A stretch of 62,909 nucleotides of DNA, counting the filler, from Guillardia theta CCMP2712 (taxonomy: Eukaryota > Protista > Cryptophyta), in NCBI RefSeq assembly GCF_000315625.1. It is 3 parts of 3 records of this genome, joined end to end, with 100 filler letters (N's around TTAATTAATTAA, not from the genome) between each part and the next. Parts side by side here need not be neighbours in the genome. Positions count along the whole stretch, not along the records: positions 31,599 to 60,580 come from NW_005434606.1; 2 more parts are not named here. One strand, written 5' to 3'. A model generated the notes under the pieces. That model had not been told where the DNA came from. It saw nothing but the letters and a program-made list of their open reading frames with translations, and searched no databases. Position 1 is the first letter of the stretch. The number at the start of each line of letters is the position of its first letter. Below, piece after piece: positions 38,501-52,456 of this stretch. The translations under genes were made by a program, and so were the position numbers.

Positions 38501-39550
38501 TCTATTTTTCTCAGTCGAGTTCTGCAGCCCTTCCACTCAAACTGCACATGAGCGCAGCTCCTGCAAAATCCCCCCCACCTCCCCTCCCGAGCTCGTACGT
38601 GAACATCAGGGGACCTCCTCCATCTCGGCCTGCAACGCACGAACATGGATGTTAGCGCTGATGGCTGCTCCCCTCCTCTCAGCATCGGCGTCTTCTCCCT
38701 GCATCCCTCCCTCCCTCTCCCTCTCCCTCTCCTCCTCTCCCTCCTGCCCCCATGACCCTCGCTTCACTCGGCATTGCGTTTGCCCGACTGGCCAACATTT
38801 CACTCAACAATTTTACGGTACTGACCTCGCGCCACCCCGTATTCTATAGTAAAATGGACCCCGTTCCAAAGGTACACTAAAATGTATTTAATGTTTAAAT
38901 AGGTTTATAGGATATTCAAAGACCCTCTTTTAGAGCGAATCCGAGAAGGCTATGACTAGGTAGGGTCATTGTTTCATTATTAATTTACAGACCAACAATA
39001 GGAGGAAGAACATTTAAAACTTCATTATTTCAGCAAGCGTTTGTACCATTATTGATATTGGACAGGTCATCGTCGGTAAAACTGTGAGTAACCTCTTTTG
39101 ATTCCAGTACAAATTACATACTTATATTAACAAAAATATTTAAACATATATTAGTTCTAAATGTTGGTTGGAAGTGGACGATGGCTTTGCCATTCCTGAC
39201 CGTCCTCCCCCCCTCCTCCTCTCCCTCTCCCTCCCTCCTCTCCCTCCCTCGTCCTGCCCTCCTCCCTTCATTGTCTGTGCCCATGATCCATGATCCTCTC
39301 CCTCTCCCTCTTCCATTCCCTCCTGTGTCCATCCTGTCACGTTTGACCACCGATCACTGCAACACAAATCCTGCACCTCCGTCGGTCCTGTTTGATGCTT
39401 CTGCGCTATTCGAGTGCTCTTGCTTTCTTTCACATTAGAACCTTTATGGGTACACTTCTCACTCAGCATTCCTCTATCTTCCACAGAGACAGAGCGCAAC
39501 CCACCCACCGGCTTCTTGTTCCGCTGCTACTGACTTTGATCCAAGATCGT

Positions 39551-42017
39551 ATGGCCTACGACGAAGACTCCTACACCGACAGCATCACCATCGCACTCAA
39601 AAATGCAGACGGTATGCATCGTCTTCCTAACCATTCTCCTTCCTGGATCTGATCGGAACTCCAGGAGTGTCCCCGGACTTTCTACTGCATGATGTCAACA
39701 TCGAATGCAAGGTATGGTCTCCCGTTGCAGCAATTCATGCGATTGATCCATGGCGAGCAGATAGGGGACATCAAGGTTGTTGGCTGCTGCCAGTCTCATC
39801 TCCTCTGCTCCTTGCCTCACCTCAACCTCAACTTCTCCCCTGCCCTCCCAACCCAATCCCAATCTCAAACCCCCATGGCAGGGAAGGCTTCACGTCGAGT
39901 ACCCTGGAAATCCCGTCCCGCAATCACAGAAGATCGTCTTTTCCGGGAGGTGGAAGGAACCAAGGGATCATCCGCTGACGATGCTGATGGCTGGGGTTTG
40001 CAGGCTCTTGAAGGACGCGGAGGTGATAGGAGACCTCGTTAACGTGCGTGGAGGGAGCTTGGAGGAGGCGGGAGGGCTGAAGTCGTTCCACAGGGCCACA
40101 TGATGCCGGCAGTGTTTCATCTTCTCGTCCCAAGGAACTTGCATGCTGAGTCTTCACGTACGTGCCGTGAGGATGCCCGCGCGAGTCTGCTAAGCTGTGC
40201 TCGTTTAGACCGCGCTGCGACGCCGCTGGCAGCGAAGAAGGAAGCGAGCGCGGGGGAGAAGAAGACTGTGGTGTGTTGAGCAGATGTGGATCTTTAAGAG
40301 TCCTCGTTCCTAACAGTTTCCCAAGGTTGAATCTCCCGCTGCCAGTAACAGCCCAGCTGCCTCCAACCATCCTAGTGCCTCCAACCCTCCTGCAGCCTGC
40401 GTCTCCCCAGCGCCGCAGGGCCATTCGAACTCGCTCTCGACTCCGTCAGCTGGAGTTTTCACGCCTCAGGCTCATCACCAGCTCCCCCCCGTCTCGTTCA
40501 ACTTCGATCCCTTGATGTACTCTCCCTCCCTCTCTCCCTCCCCCGTCCCTTTCGCCTTTCCTTGCGATGGCGTTTCCCCATCGTCTCTCGCGTATCAGCA
40601 GATACAACAGGTGAAAACGGGAATCATCATTGCCCACAATGCCTGACAACATTCAAAAGGTGTATTATGAAGCATACTATCAAGCATACCTACAGTACTT
40701 CACGGCGGCAGCAGTCCAACAGGATGCTTGTACCGAGCAGAATGAGCAGAACTTGTAAGCCGAATCGTATTTGGTGGAGGTGAAACTTTGACCATCCAAC
40801 GCAGGCAAGAAGGAGAGTCAGCAAAGTTTGAGGCAAGGATGGAGGTGTGTACTTGAAGACTTTGAAAGTTTGCATCGAATGATATGCCCACACAGCAGGA
40901 AACGTCCGTCCGATACGCCAGTGTAGCTCAAGAAAGGTTAGCAAGTGATGCTTGCTTCCGCCCTCGCTCATACCGGGCAGCAGAGAGCTTGGAGATACTG
41001 AAGAGGCGGAGTTGGATGAAACTGCTTCACGGGGCATGGCGAACGATGTTGGAAACGATGGTCGAGCACGCGGAAGGCTGAGACGACTCTACTCACTCGC
41101 TCGAGCAGATGCGGCCGGTGAGCAGCAGAACGCGGAGCAGGTGAATCTGCTGCCGGGAGCGCGAGCTCAAGTGAACAATGACTTCGAGCATGAGCGGTAC
41201 GTGTTGGCTGCGTGAGAATGCTCCTCTCACTTGGTCTTGCCAGGGGCGAGCAAGAGGGTCACGGGCAGCATCGAACGCTGGTGCTGGCACTGAAGCTGAT
41301 GTTCGTTGTGGTCGTTCTGGGTCAAGACGCCAGCCGTGAACGAATGTAAGAAGTGCTTGTGCTTGTCTGCTGCCTTACAGGGAGCTCACGATTGTCTCGC
41401 CCCAGGGTTGCCCTTTGTTGTTGTGCAGCGGCCATCTTTCTGCATCAGACAGGTCAGTGATAATCGTCTTGTATCCTCGAGTTTTCAATGACTGGAGATA
41501 CGACAGGCATCTTGAGGATCTTTGCCTGGCTGCACCAGGTAGAGTCCCTTTCTTCTTCCTCCGCCTCTCTTCTTCACCTCCTCCGCCTCTCTTCTTCACC
41601 TCCTCCGCCTCCCCCCCCCTCCCCTTGACTTTTTCCCTTCCCTTCTTCGCTTCTCCCCCCTCCTCTCTCCTTGCCCGCACCTCCTGCGTTCACTCTTCCC
41701 TCCTTTCCCCCTTGCTTTCTCCTCCACTCCTGTACATCTGGCTGAAGGCTGTGCAAAGGAGCGGGGAGATCGCCTGCAGTACGACGACGGCGAGATTGAG
41801 CATGAAATGAACGAAGAGGAAGTTCCCAACCATGAGGGACGAGGAGGCGAAGCAGGAGGAGGAGAGGGTTTCACAGGGCTGCTTGTCGACATTACTGCCT
41901 TGCTCGTAAGTCTCGTTGCAGCCTCCTGTCCCTTCCAGCATGCTCACCAACCCACAGGTCGGTTTCTTCACCTCCCTTGTCCCTCGTACTCCTGCGCACG
42001 CTCATCATGCGTTCTGA
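39551..42017 (+). CDS. HERP/HERPUD-like ubiquitin-like-domain ER membrane protein
   Basis: Spliced UBL ITIALKNADG|VSPDF..|IGDIK|GRLHVEYPGNPVPQSQKIVFSGR|LLKD..VFHLLV; Tyr-rich VYYEAYYQAYLQY; hydrophobic LALKLMFVVVVL; C-terminal VGFFTSLVP. Confidence 0.75.
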
Positions 42018-42276
42018 ATGGTCGGGGCCCGAGGAGGAGGCCCGAGGAGGAGGCGAGGTAGATGACTAGCATGTAGAGGCTCCCAACCCTCGGTTTACGC
42101 TGAGACCCATTTCAAGAAGAGTAGAAGAACTGTGGAAATGTCCGTGACCCTGTGCGTAATGACACGACTGTTGCTGCTGACACACTGTGATGCTGATGTG
42201 CTTGTGCGTTCTATTCGTTTCGGGTAAAGTTTTCAAGATCCAAGACAGGGGAGAGAGGAGAGGGGCAGGAGCAGGA

Positions 42277-44416
42277 CTACCAGACCTCGCATCTCTTCCT
42301 ACTGGGAGAGTCAGTGCTGAGTGAGAAAGCAAAAACAGAGGCGACCTCGGATTCATTGGAGAGCCAACAGCGCACTGAAAGGCTTCGGCAAACTCTGAAA
42401 TAAACGTGAGAGGAGGAGGAGGAGGAGGAGGAGGAGGAGGAGTGGACCAGGAGGACAGACAAGGGGAGGAAAGTAAGGAAGTAGCAGGGGAGGAGGAGAT
42501 ACCCGGTGTCTGGGAGAGAGGCCCGTTGACTCGCCAGCGATCAGGAGCATGAGGGTCCGTCAGGAGCTGCAGCTCTTCAGCCTGCACGAGAAGCTCAGGA
42601 GAGAAGGAAAGGGAGCGGAGGGCAAAGAAAGGCTGCTACCACCCACTGGCCCCTCTTGTTGAGGTCCAGGTCATGGAGAGAAGAGAGCGGGGAGGCGAGG
42701 AGGGTAGGAGATGGCAGAGGGAGGAAGAGAGAGGAGGAGAGAGGAGAGGATGGCAGACACACTTGAGGAGAGAGGGGGAGGGGGATGAGGGGGAGAAAGG
42801 GGCGGGAAGGTAGCAAGTTTCACCTGCTTGCGAGCCTTGGAGCACCAATTCTGACCCTGCCATGGGAGATTGAGTGGCAAGGACAGGACACGACATGGGG
42901 ACTAGCAGGGAGGAGGAGGTGGAAGTGGAGGAGGGAGGGAGAGTGGTAAGCTCACCTGAGCCACGAAGAACAGCTGCCTGTCCGTCCTGCTCGGAGCCGC
43001 CTGGCCCTCCTTCTCCCTCAGCTCCCGCTCCTGCCGTGTCCGAGTCAAGGACGTGGAGGAAGCAGCAGCAGTAGCAGCAGTACCATCGCTCTGTAGGCGA
43101 TCTTGACGCCCCCGATGTCTGTCATCATCACAGTCGTCAGCCCTCCTTCCTTGCCCTCCGGCCAGTAGCCATACCAGCGATGTTCTCGCCGAGTGTCAGC
43201 TCCCCGTTCACGTGCTTCCCGTCCAGCTTCATACTGTTGGCTCTCGATCACCGTCTCCTCTACCTCTCCTCTCCTCTCCTCTCCTCTCCCTCTTTTCCGC
43301 TCTCCCTCCCTCCCTCTCCCTCCCTCCCTCTCCCTCCCTCCCTCTCTCCCCCTCTCACTCCTCCCCACACCTGTTGTACAGCTCGACCACACAGCTTGCC
43401 CGCTCCTCGAACGCGTCTTTGTCCGCGTCGGACCACCACTGCTTCATCCTCCCCTCCGGGTTGAACTTCCTCCCCTGGTCGTCGAACCCGTGGGTCATCT
43501 CATGCCCCAGGATCGTCCCGATCGCCCCGAAGTTGCGCGCAGCTCGGTAGGTGGTGGAGAAGAACGGCTTCTGCAGGATGCCCGCAGGCACGAAGATTCC
43601 GTTCTTGTCGTAGCTGTAAAACGCGTCCACCATGGCAGGCGACGTCGTCCCCCACCTGTTGCGCTGCACGGGGCGCGAGAGCCGCGCGAACGCGTGGTGG
43701 ATGTACCACTTGTAGAGCCTGTCCCCGTCCTGCACGAAGTCGCCGGAGAGGGAGAGGCCGCGGTAGTCCGCCCATGTCGGGGGGAAGCCGATGGAGAAGA
43801 ACATGTCGGCCAGCTTGTAGGTGGCGAGGGACTTGGTCTTGTCGTCCATCCACGGGACTTGCAGGATCTCTTCCTGGAACACGTCCCTGATCCTGCTGAG
43901 CATGTCCTGGGCCTGAGACAGGATGTCCATTGAGAAGTAGCGCTGGACGAAGACCTTGCCAACGTAGTCGGGCAGCGCATTGTTGACGGACTTGTAGCAC
44001 TTGTACCATCTTGGCACCCTCGTCTTCTGCCCCACCACCACCTGCTGCAGCTCCTGCCCGACGGCCAAGAAATCCTCGCTCAAGTCCGCTCCGAGGATGA
44101 AGGCAACGCTGGTGAGAGAGTGAGGCGAAGGCGAACATGGCAGTGGAGCTGCAACACAACGAGGAGCAGAAAGATCGAGGAAGCAGGGTAGGTGTAAGAG
44201 AGGGGGATGAGGTGGTGGGAGGGAGGAAGGAGGGAGTTGAGCAGGGAGTAGGATGATGGTGGTTATGGAGGAGGAGGAGGAGGAGGAGGAGGAGGAGGAG
44301 GAGGAGGGATGAGAAGGGGGATCAGGTAAACAGGGTAGACCGGAAGAGCATGTAGGCTCGGATGTGCGAGGCAGGAGTCTTGGGCAGCAACTCTTGGACG
44401 CCCCGGAAGTAGTCTG

Positions 44417-44482
<66 letters not shown>

Positions 44483-46811
44483 GGGCAGCAGCAGCATTGT
44501 CATTATCGTTCTCGTCATCCAACCTGGATTTCGAATCAACACTTTCGCGTTGTTTAAGTCAGCCTTGTAGGGTCCAGCCATTGCGCTCAGAACTTTCGGA
44601 AGAGCGAGAGAAGGGCAAAGTTGGTCGAGGGAGTCAAGGGAATATTGACCCTGCCAAGAAGCATCTCAACCCTCGCCCCTCGCCCCTCGTTCCCCCAGCT
44701 CCTCCTGCTCTCCTTGCTTCGTCCTCTACTCCAACTTCTGCTAGTGCTCTTGCTCCTGCTCTTTCTCCTGCTCTTTCTCCTGCCCCTGCTCCTCTCCTCT
44801 CTTTTTTTCTCCTCCTCCTCCTTCTCTACCTGTGTGGATGTCCTCTCCTGCGTAGCATCCTTGAAGAGCTTCGCCAGCTCCGTCTCAAAGTTCAGCGTAG
44901 CCTTCGCATCCTCCTCCGCCTCTTCCTTGCTCTCCCCCGCAAGCATGAAGACCTTCTTCATGACCTGCATGCGCTCTCACCCTCCTTTCTCACAGCAGTC
45001 AGCACCAGCAGCACCTCCTCCAGCCCCTTGAGCTTCGTGTTGGCCTCCGTGCTCCCGCTGTAGTACCACTTGGGGTCGGGCAGCGTGATGCCGTCTTGCA
45101 TCAGGTTGACGGCATACTTGGACGGCTCGTGCGGGTTCACCTCAACACTCCAGTCGAAGAACACCTGCTGAGGGTGAGGTAGGAAGGAGTGGAGGATGGG
45201 AGAGAGAGGGGGGAGGAGAAAGGGTGATAGATGGAGAGGTGAGTATGCGAGGAGGGAGGAGGGAAGGAGGAGGAAAGGAGGGAGGAAGGAAGAGGGAAGA
45301 GGAACGAGGAAAGAGCAGGAGGGAGTAGGAGGGAGGAGGTGAGTGGGGGGAAGGGATCGTTCTAAGAAGAAGGGAGCTCTTGACCTTGATGTCGGACATG
45401 TGCCACTGCACCAGCAGCTCCTGCAGCGCAGCGAGACCGCAGGGTGTGGGGTGGAAGCGAGCGAACGGGACGTGCGAGTGTTCCTTACAGCTGCTGGCAG
45501 AGTCAGTGGACTGCCTCCCTCCACGGCCTCATTGCCTCCTTAGTGACTGAAGAGCCTTCTTGTAGGGCTCGATCGGCGTCGCTCCCAGCTCGTTGATCCT
45601 CGTCATGTTCATGCAGCTGCGGTAGAAGTTGCCGGCCAGTCCTGCGGTACCGTCATCCTACTGCCTAGAGGGAAGGGAAAAGGAGATGGAGAGGTAGGGA
45701 GGAGGGAGGAGGGGGAAGGGAGGGGGGAGAAGGGAGAAGGGAGGATAAGGATAAGCAACGTGGATGAGGGAAGGAGGGGGACGAAGAGGAAAAGGAGAAT
45801 GGAAAGGGAAGCAGGGAGAAGACAAAAGAAAGAAGAGGAAAGAAGAAGGGAAGGGGGTTGGGTGAGAGAGAAGCTACTGGTGCTGCTGCTTGACACTGAC
45901 CGTGATCCGTCTCGACAACCTCTCGGAGCAACTCGTTGTTCCTTGCGCTGACGCCGCTCCATGCTCGCGCCCACTCGTTTTGATCGGCCTCGACCTGAGG
46001 AGCAGGGGTTTCAGGGGGTGGGGCCAGGCACACTCCTCCTCCTTCCTGCGTGATCTCCTGGAACGTGCCGCATGCATAGCTGTAGAAGTCATGGCAGGGG
46101 TCGGCAGAGAGGTCCATGGCCTTCAACACCTGCGGGGGGGTCAGTGCAAACGGAGAGGAGGAGACGGCAGAACCTCGTGCGGGAAATGTCTGGCTGCGAT
46201 CTTTGCTGCCTCCTGGGCAAGCAGAGGATGAGAGGAGGGTGGATGAGAGAGAGAGAGAGAAGAGCGAATGGAAGAGAAGGTTGCATGGAGGACGTAGGAG
46301 CAAGGCCCGTTGGGAAGCAAAGGGGGAAGGAGAGACGGGGAGTACAAATGTAAGGAGAAGGATGGTAAGTCAAGGTAAAGAGGAAGGAGGGGGAAAGGGA
46401 GAGGGAGAGGGAGAGGGAGAGGGAGAGGGAGAGGGAGAGAGGGAGGATGCAGGGAGGCAGGGAGAGGCGGGGTGTGCACTGGGGAGCAGGTGTGACCGAG
46501 GACCTACCTGAGACTCTCGGCTCTCGCCAGCTTCAGTGGCTGGGTTATCGTACTGCTCCTGGAAGGACTTGAGCTTCTTGACGAAGAAGACGGTGGCGAA
46601 GATCAAGACTACGAGGAGGAGTCACAAGAATGTCGGCCACGAGCCCAGCCGGATCGCACCGAAGAATCCAACGGCTATGGCGATCCGCTTCATGCGCTTC
46701 CTTTGCCTTGAAGGCGCGTCATGGCTCCATCGCTCACACTGCAGCATCTCACCTTCCTGACCTCCCATCGGACAGTGGGACCCTTAGGCCCTCCAGCGTG
46801 TTGCTCCGCAT
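42277..46811 (-). CDS. M13 (neprilysin/ECE-like) zinc metallopeptidase, type II membrane protein (start approximate)
   Basis: N-terminal TM, MDLSADPCHDFYSYACG, FYRSCMN, WMDDKTK, VDAFY..NGIFVPAGILQKPFF, NFGAIGTILGHEMTHGFDDQG, GENIAD, DPHAP..RVNG, F.C..GSPMNP, RCEVW*. Confidence 0.93.
44418..44482. repeat. (ATC)n microsatellite in an intron of the M13 gene
   Basis: Perfect trinucleotide array; source of spurious poly-M and poly-D ORFs. Confidence 0.9.
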
Positions 46812-47084
46812 GCTGATCGACCCTTTCCCGCAGGGATCGAGCGCTGGTTTCACTTGCAAGATGAAGTACCCTGCTTCCTCGTTGCTTCCTCAGCTATGTA
46901 CACCTCCTCCATACCGACATGAGCTGCTGCAACCTCTCCCGATCTCTTTCCTCTCTCTCTTCTTCCTCTCACTCCTCCTCTCCTCCTCTTATCTCCTCCC
47001 TTCCCCTTGCCCCCTGCAGTGACTCAGCATGGCGCAACCAATAGCCCCATAGTTTGCAATTTTAGTTATTGATGGTGCCTCAGA

Positions 47085-47475
47085 GCCCGCCTCGCCGCCT
47101 CATCCCGGGCCCGGTCCGATGACCATGGCGGCATGACTCGGTTGGCCGGGCACTGCCGCAACTGATGCGGCACAGCCGCCGGGCCGGCTGGCAGGGTGTC
47201 ACTGGCCGGGCCGGCCGGTCCCGAGGCTATCTGGCGGCCCGGGACACTGCCAGCCTGTCTGACTGAGTTTCAAAGTTCTCCGACGGCGGACTGTTAGTCC
47301 GGCGATCTGCTCTGCGGCTACTCAGTGCCACTAGCGACCGTACCCGGTAGTACCGTGCCTCCCGGAGTCCGGCGACCGAGGGCCCGGCCTGCGACATCCG
47401 GCGATCGGATCGCCGCCGACGATCGGCGCCGGGATGATCCACCGCCGGCTCAAAATTTCCCGGAGTCCGCAGGTT
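47085..47475. repeat. GC-rich CCGG-dense intergenic island
   Basis: cccgggcccggtccg, gccgggccggctgg, ggccgggccggccggtcc, interspersed with TGACT/ACTGAG/AAGTT words. Confidence 0.55.
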
Positions 47476-47781
47476 CGAGTCGCTGAGTGAACGTCTGGCT
47501 GTGAGATGCTGCTGTCCCATCATAGTCATCCGATGCTTCTGGACGATCGCAGGGAGCCTCGCCGGGAGCCCACTGGGGAACAGGGATTGGGGGGCCTTGC
47601 TTAATGATGATGGAAGAAAGATGGAGTGAATGTTCGCTTGCATGCTGGGAGTTGAGCTGAAGCTGTCGACAACTCGATCACGGTTGCGAGGCTTTGAGAA
47701 GTTCAGATAGGAGGAGAAAGGCGACAAGGGAGGAAACGAGTCGACAGGAAGCTGTGTCTACACTATCTGGCTGTCTCACAC

Positions 47782-48431
47782 TCACTGCTTCCACCCGCTC
47801 TTGGCTTGCTCTAGCACGTAGCTCGAGACTGCTTCGATCTCGTCCGGATCCAACCCGAGCTTCTTCGACTTGATCCCGTAGGCAGGCATCGGCCGCTTGC
47901 CTGGAGGCAGTCAGCTACCGAAGGCACTGGTGAGGAGGACAGATCTCATCACCTTTCGTTACGATGTCAATGATTGCGCTGACATCCGAGTACCCATCTC
48001 TCTTGAGAGAGTCTTCCGTGAGCGTCTTGGAGGGATTCAGCGTGTTCCCGCCGCCTGCACCATCATGGTTACGGATGCAGCAGAGGTCCAACTTCAAGCA
48101 TACCCTGATGGCAGGCGATGCACTTGGTGTTGAAGACTTCTTGTCCGCTCCTTCCCTCAGCCAATGCAGGATCGCACCCTGTGAAGGAGAGGAGGGCAAA
48201 GGAGAGTAGCAAAGGAACAGCTTTCATGGCACCTGCCCCGCTACTCCCAGTCTGCACAGCAGTGCGCAGAGAAGGAGAAGAGCAGGAAGGGTGAGAGGAA
48301 GAGGAGGAGGAGGAGGAGGAGGAGGAGGAGGAGGAGGATAGAACTGAGAGAGTTCTCATCGAGATGCTAGGAGGAGGTGCATAGCAAGAAGCCGCCGCCG
48401 CCATGGCCGCAAAACTTGCCCACCGCACCAT
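47782..48431 (-). CDS. Nucleus-encoded, thylakoid-lumen-targeted cytochrome c6-like protein
   Basis: Signal peptide ASC-YAPP, lumenal signal ending PALA; mature EGRSGQEVFNTKCIACHQ|GGGNTLNPSKTL..AIIDIVTK|GKRPMPAYG..EIEAVSSYVLEQAKSGWKQ* (CxxCH plus axial Met). Confidence 0.9.
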
Positions 48432-49204
48432 TATCGGTATCAAGTAATTGCTTTTTCAAATTCCGTTACAACCGTTACGTGCTTTGTGTCAACCGTTAAT
48501 TTGTAACTGAAGGGCACGCGCGAGGAGCGGCAATGGCGGAGAGGCAGAGAAGAGGAGGGAGCGAGATGGCGGGAGGAGAGAGAGAGGGGGGGAGGGAAGA
48601 GAACTTGTTGAGGATGAACGAGGCGAGGGTGAAGAACAGATCACCTCAGGGTGACGAGGGAGAGGAAGAGGGGGACAACGGGAGGTTGGAGGTGTCGGGT
48701 CCGCTTTCTGCAGGGATGCGATGGGAGGAGATGAGGAAGGGTGTAGAGAGGATTCCATGGCTGTAGAGAGCATGAAGATGGCTGAAGTCATGATTGCTGA
48801 GTGAAAGGTTGAACCTGAGTGCCGGAAAGAGCCACACCGATGTCCGTGAATACATGACTGTCTGGGAAATGTCCTGGTTCTGCTAGAGTTGTTGGTCCGT
48901 TCATGCTAAAGTCCAGTGGAGGATGTAGAATGCAGTGAGAAAAAGAATCAGATTTTTTGAAGATGCTCTGAGAGAATCCCAACGTGCTGTATATAGTTGA
49001 GGCTGGGAAGACGAACGTTTGCGCTCGAATGTGCCGCGCTCATGCTGTTGGCAATCAAATTTACAGAACAAAACGCTGATTTGTAGTTGCACAGGTGAAG
49101 CTTGCAATACCCAGGAACTCGAACACACTTTGTTGAGGAAACTTGGTCGTTGCAACTTTGGAATCGTTCACCCCTGGCCTGTGCCGTTGTTCGTGAAAGA
49201 CTAG

Positions 49205-52318
<3,114 letters not shown>

Positions 52319-52456
52319 GCGTGAGGGTTCAGTCGCTGGGATGAGATGTGACTCGTTTAACTTCCGTCCTGCCACATTGCAACATTTTTTTCTCTACACC
52401 TAGATCAAACTTGCTATCGTTTTACATGTCCTCGACTCTTTGTCTTGTCTGCTCTT

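Noticed and set aside
43193-43933. Long antisense ORFs (also 3065-3721, 52949-53761 and 49061-49903)
   Set aside because: Shadows of GC3-rich real genes on the opposite strand.
48533-49130. Possible small plus-strand gene between the cytochrome and CDC5
   Set aside because: Short purine-rich frames without a coherent spliced product.
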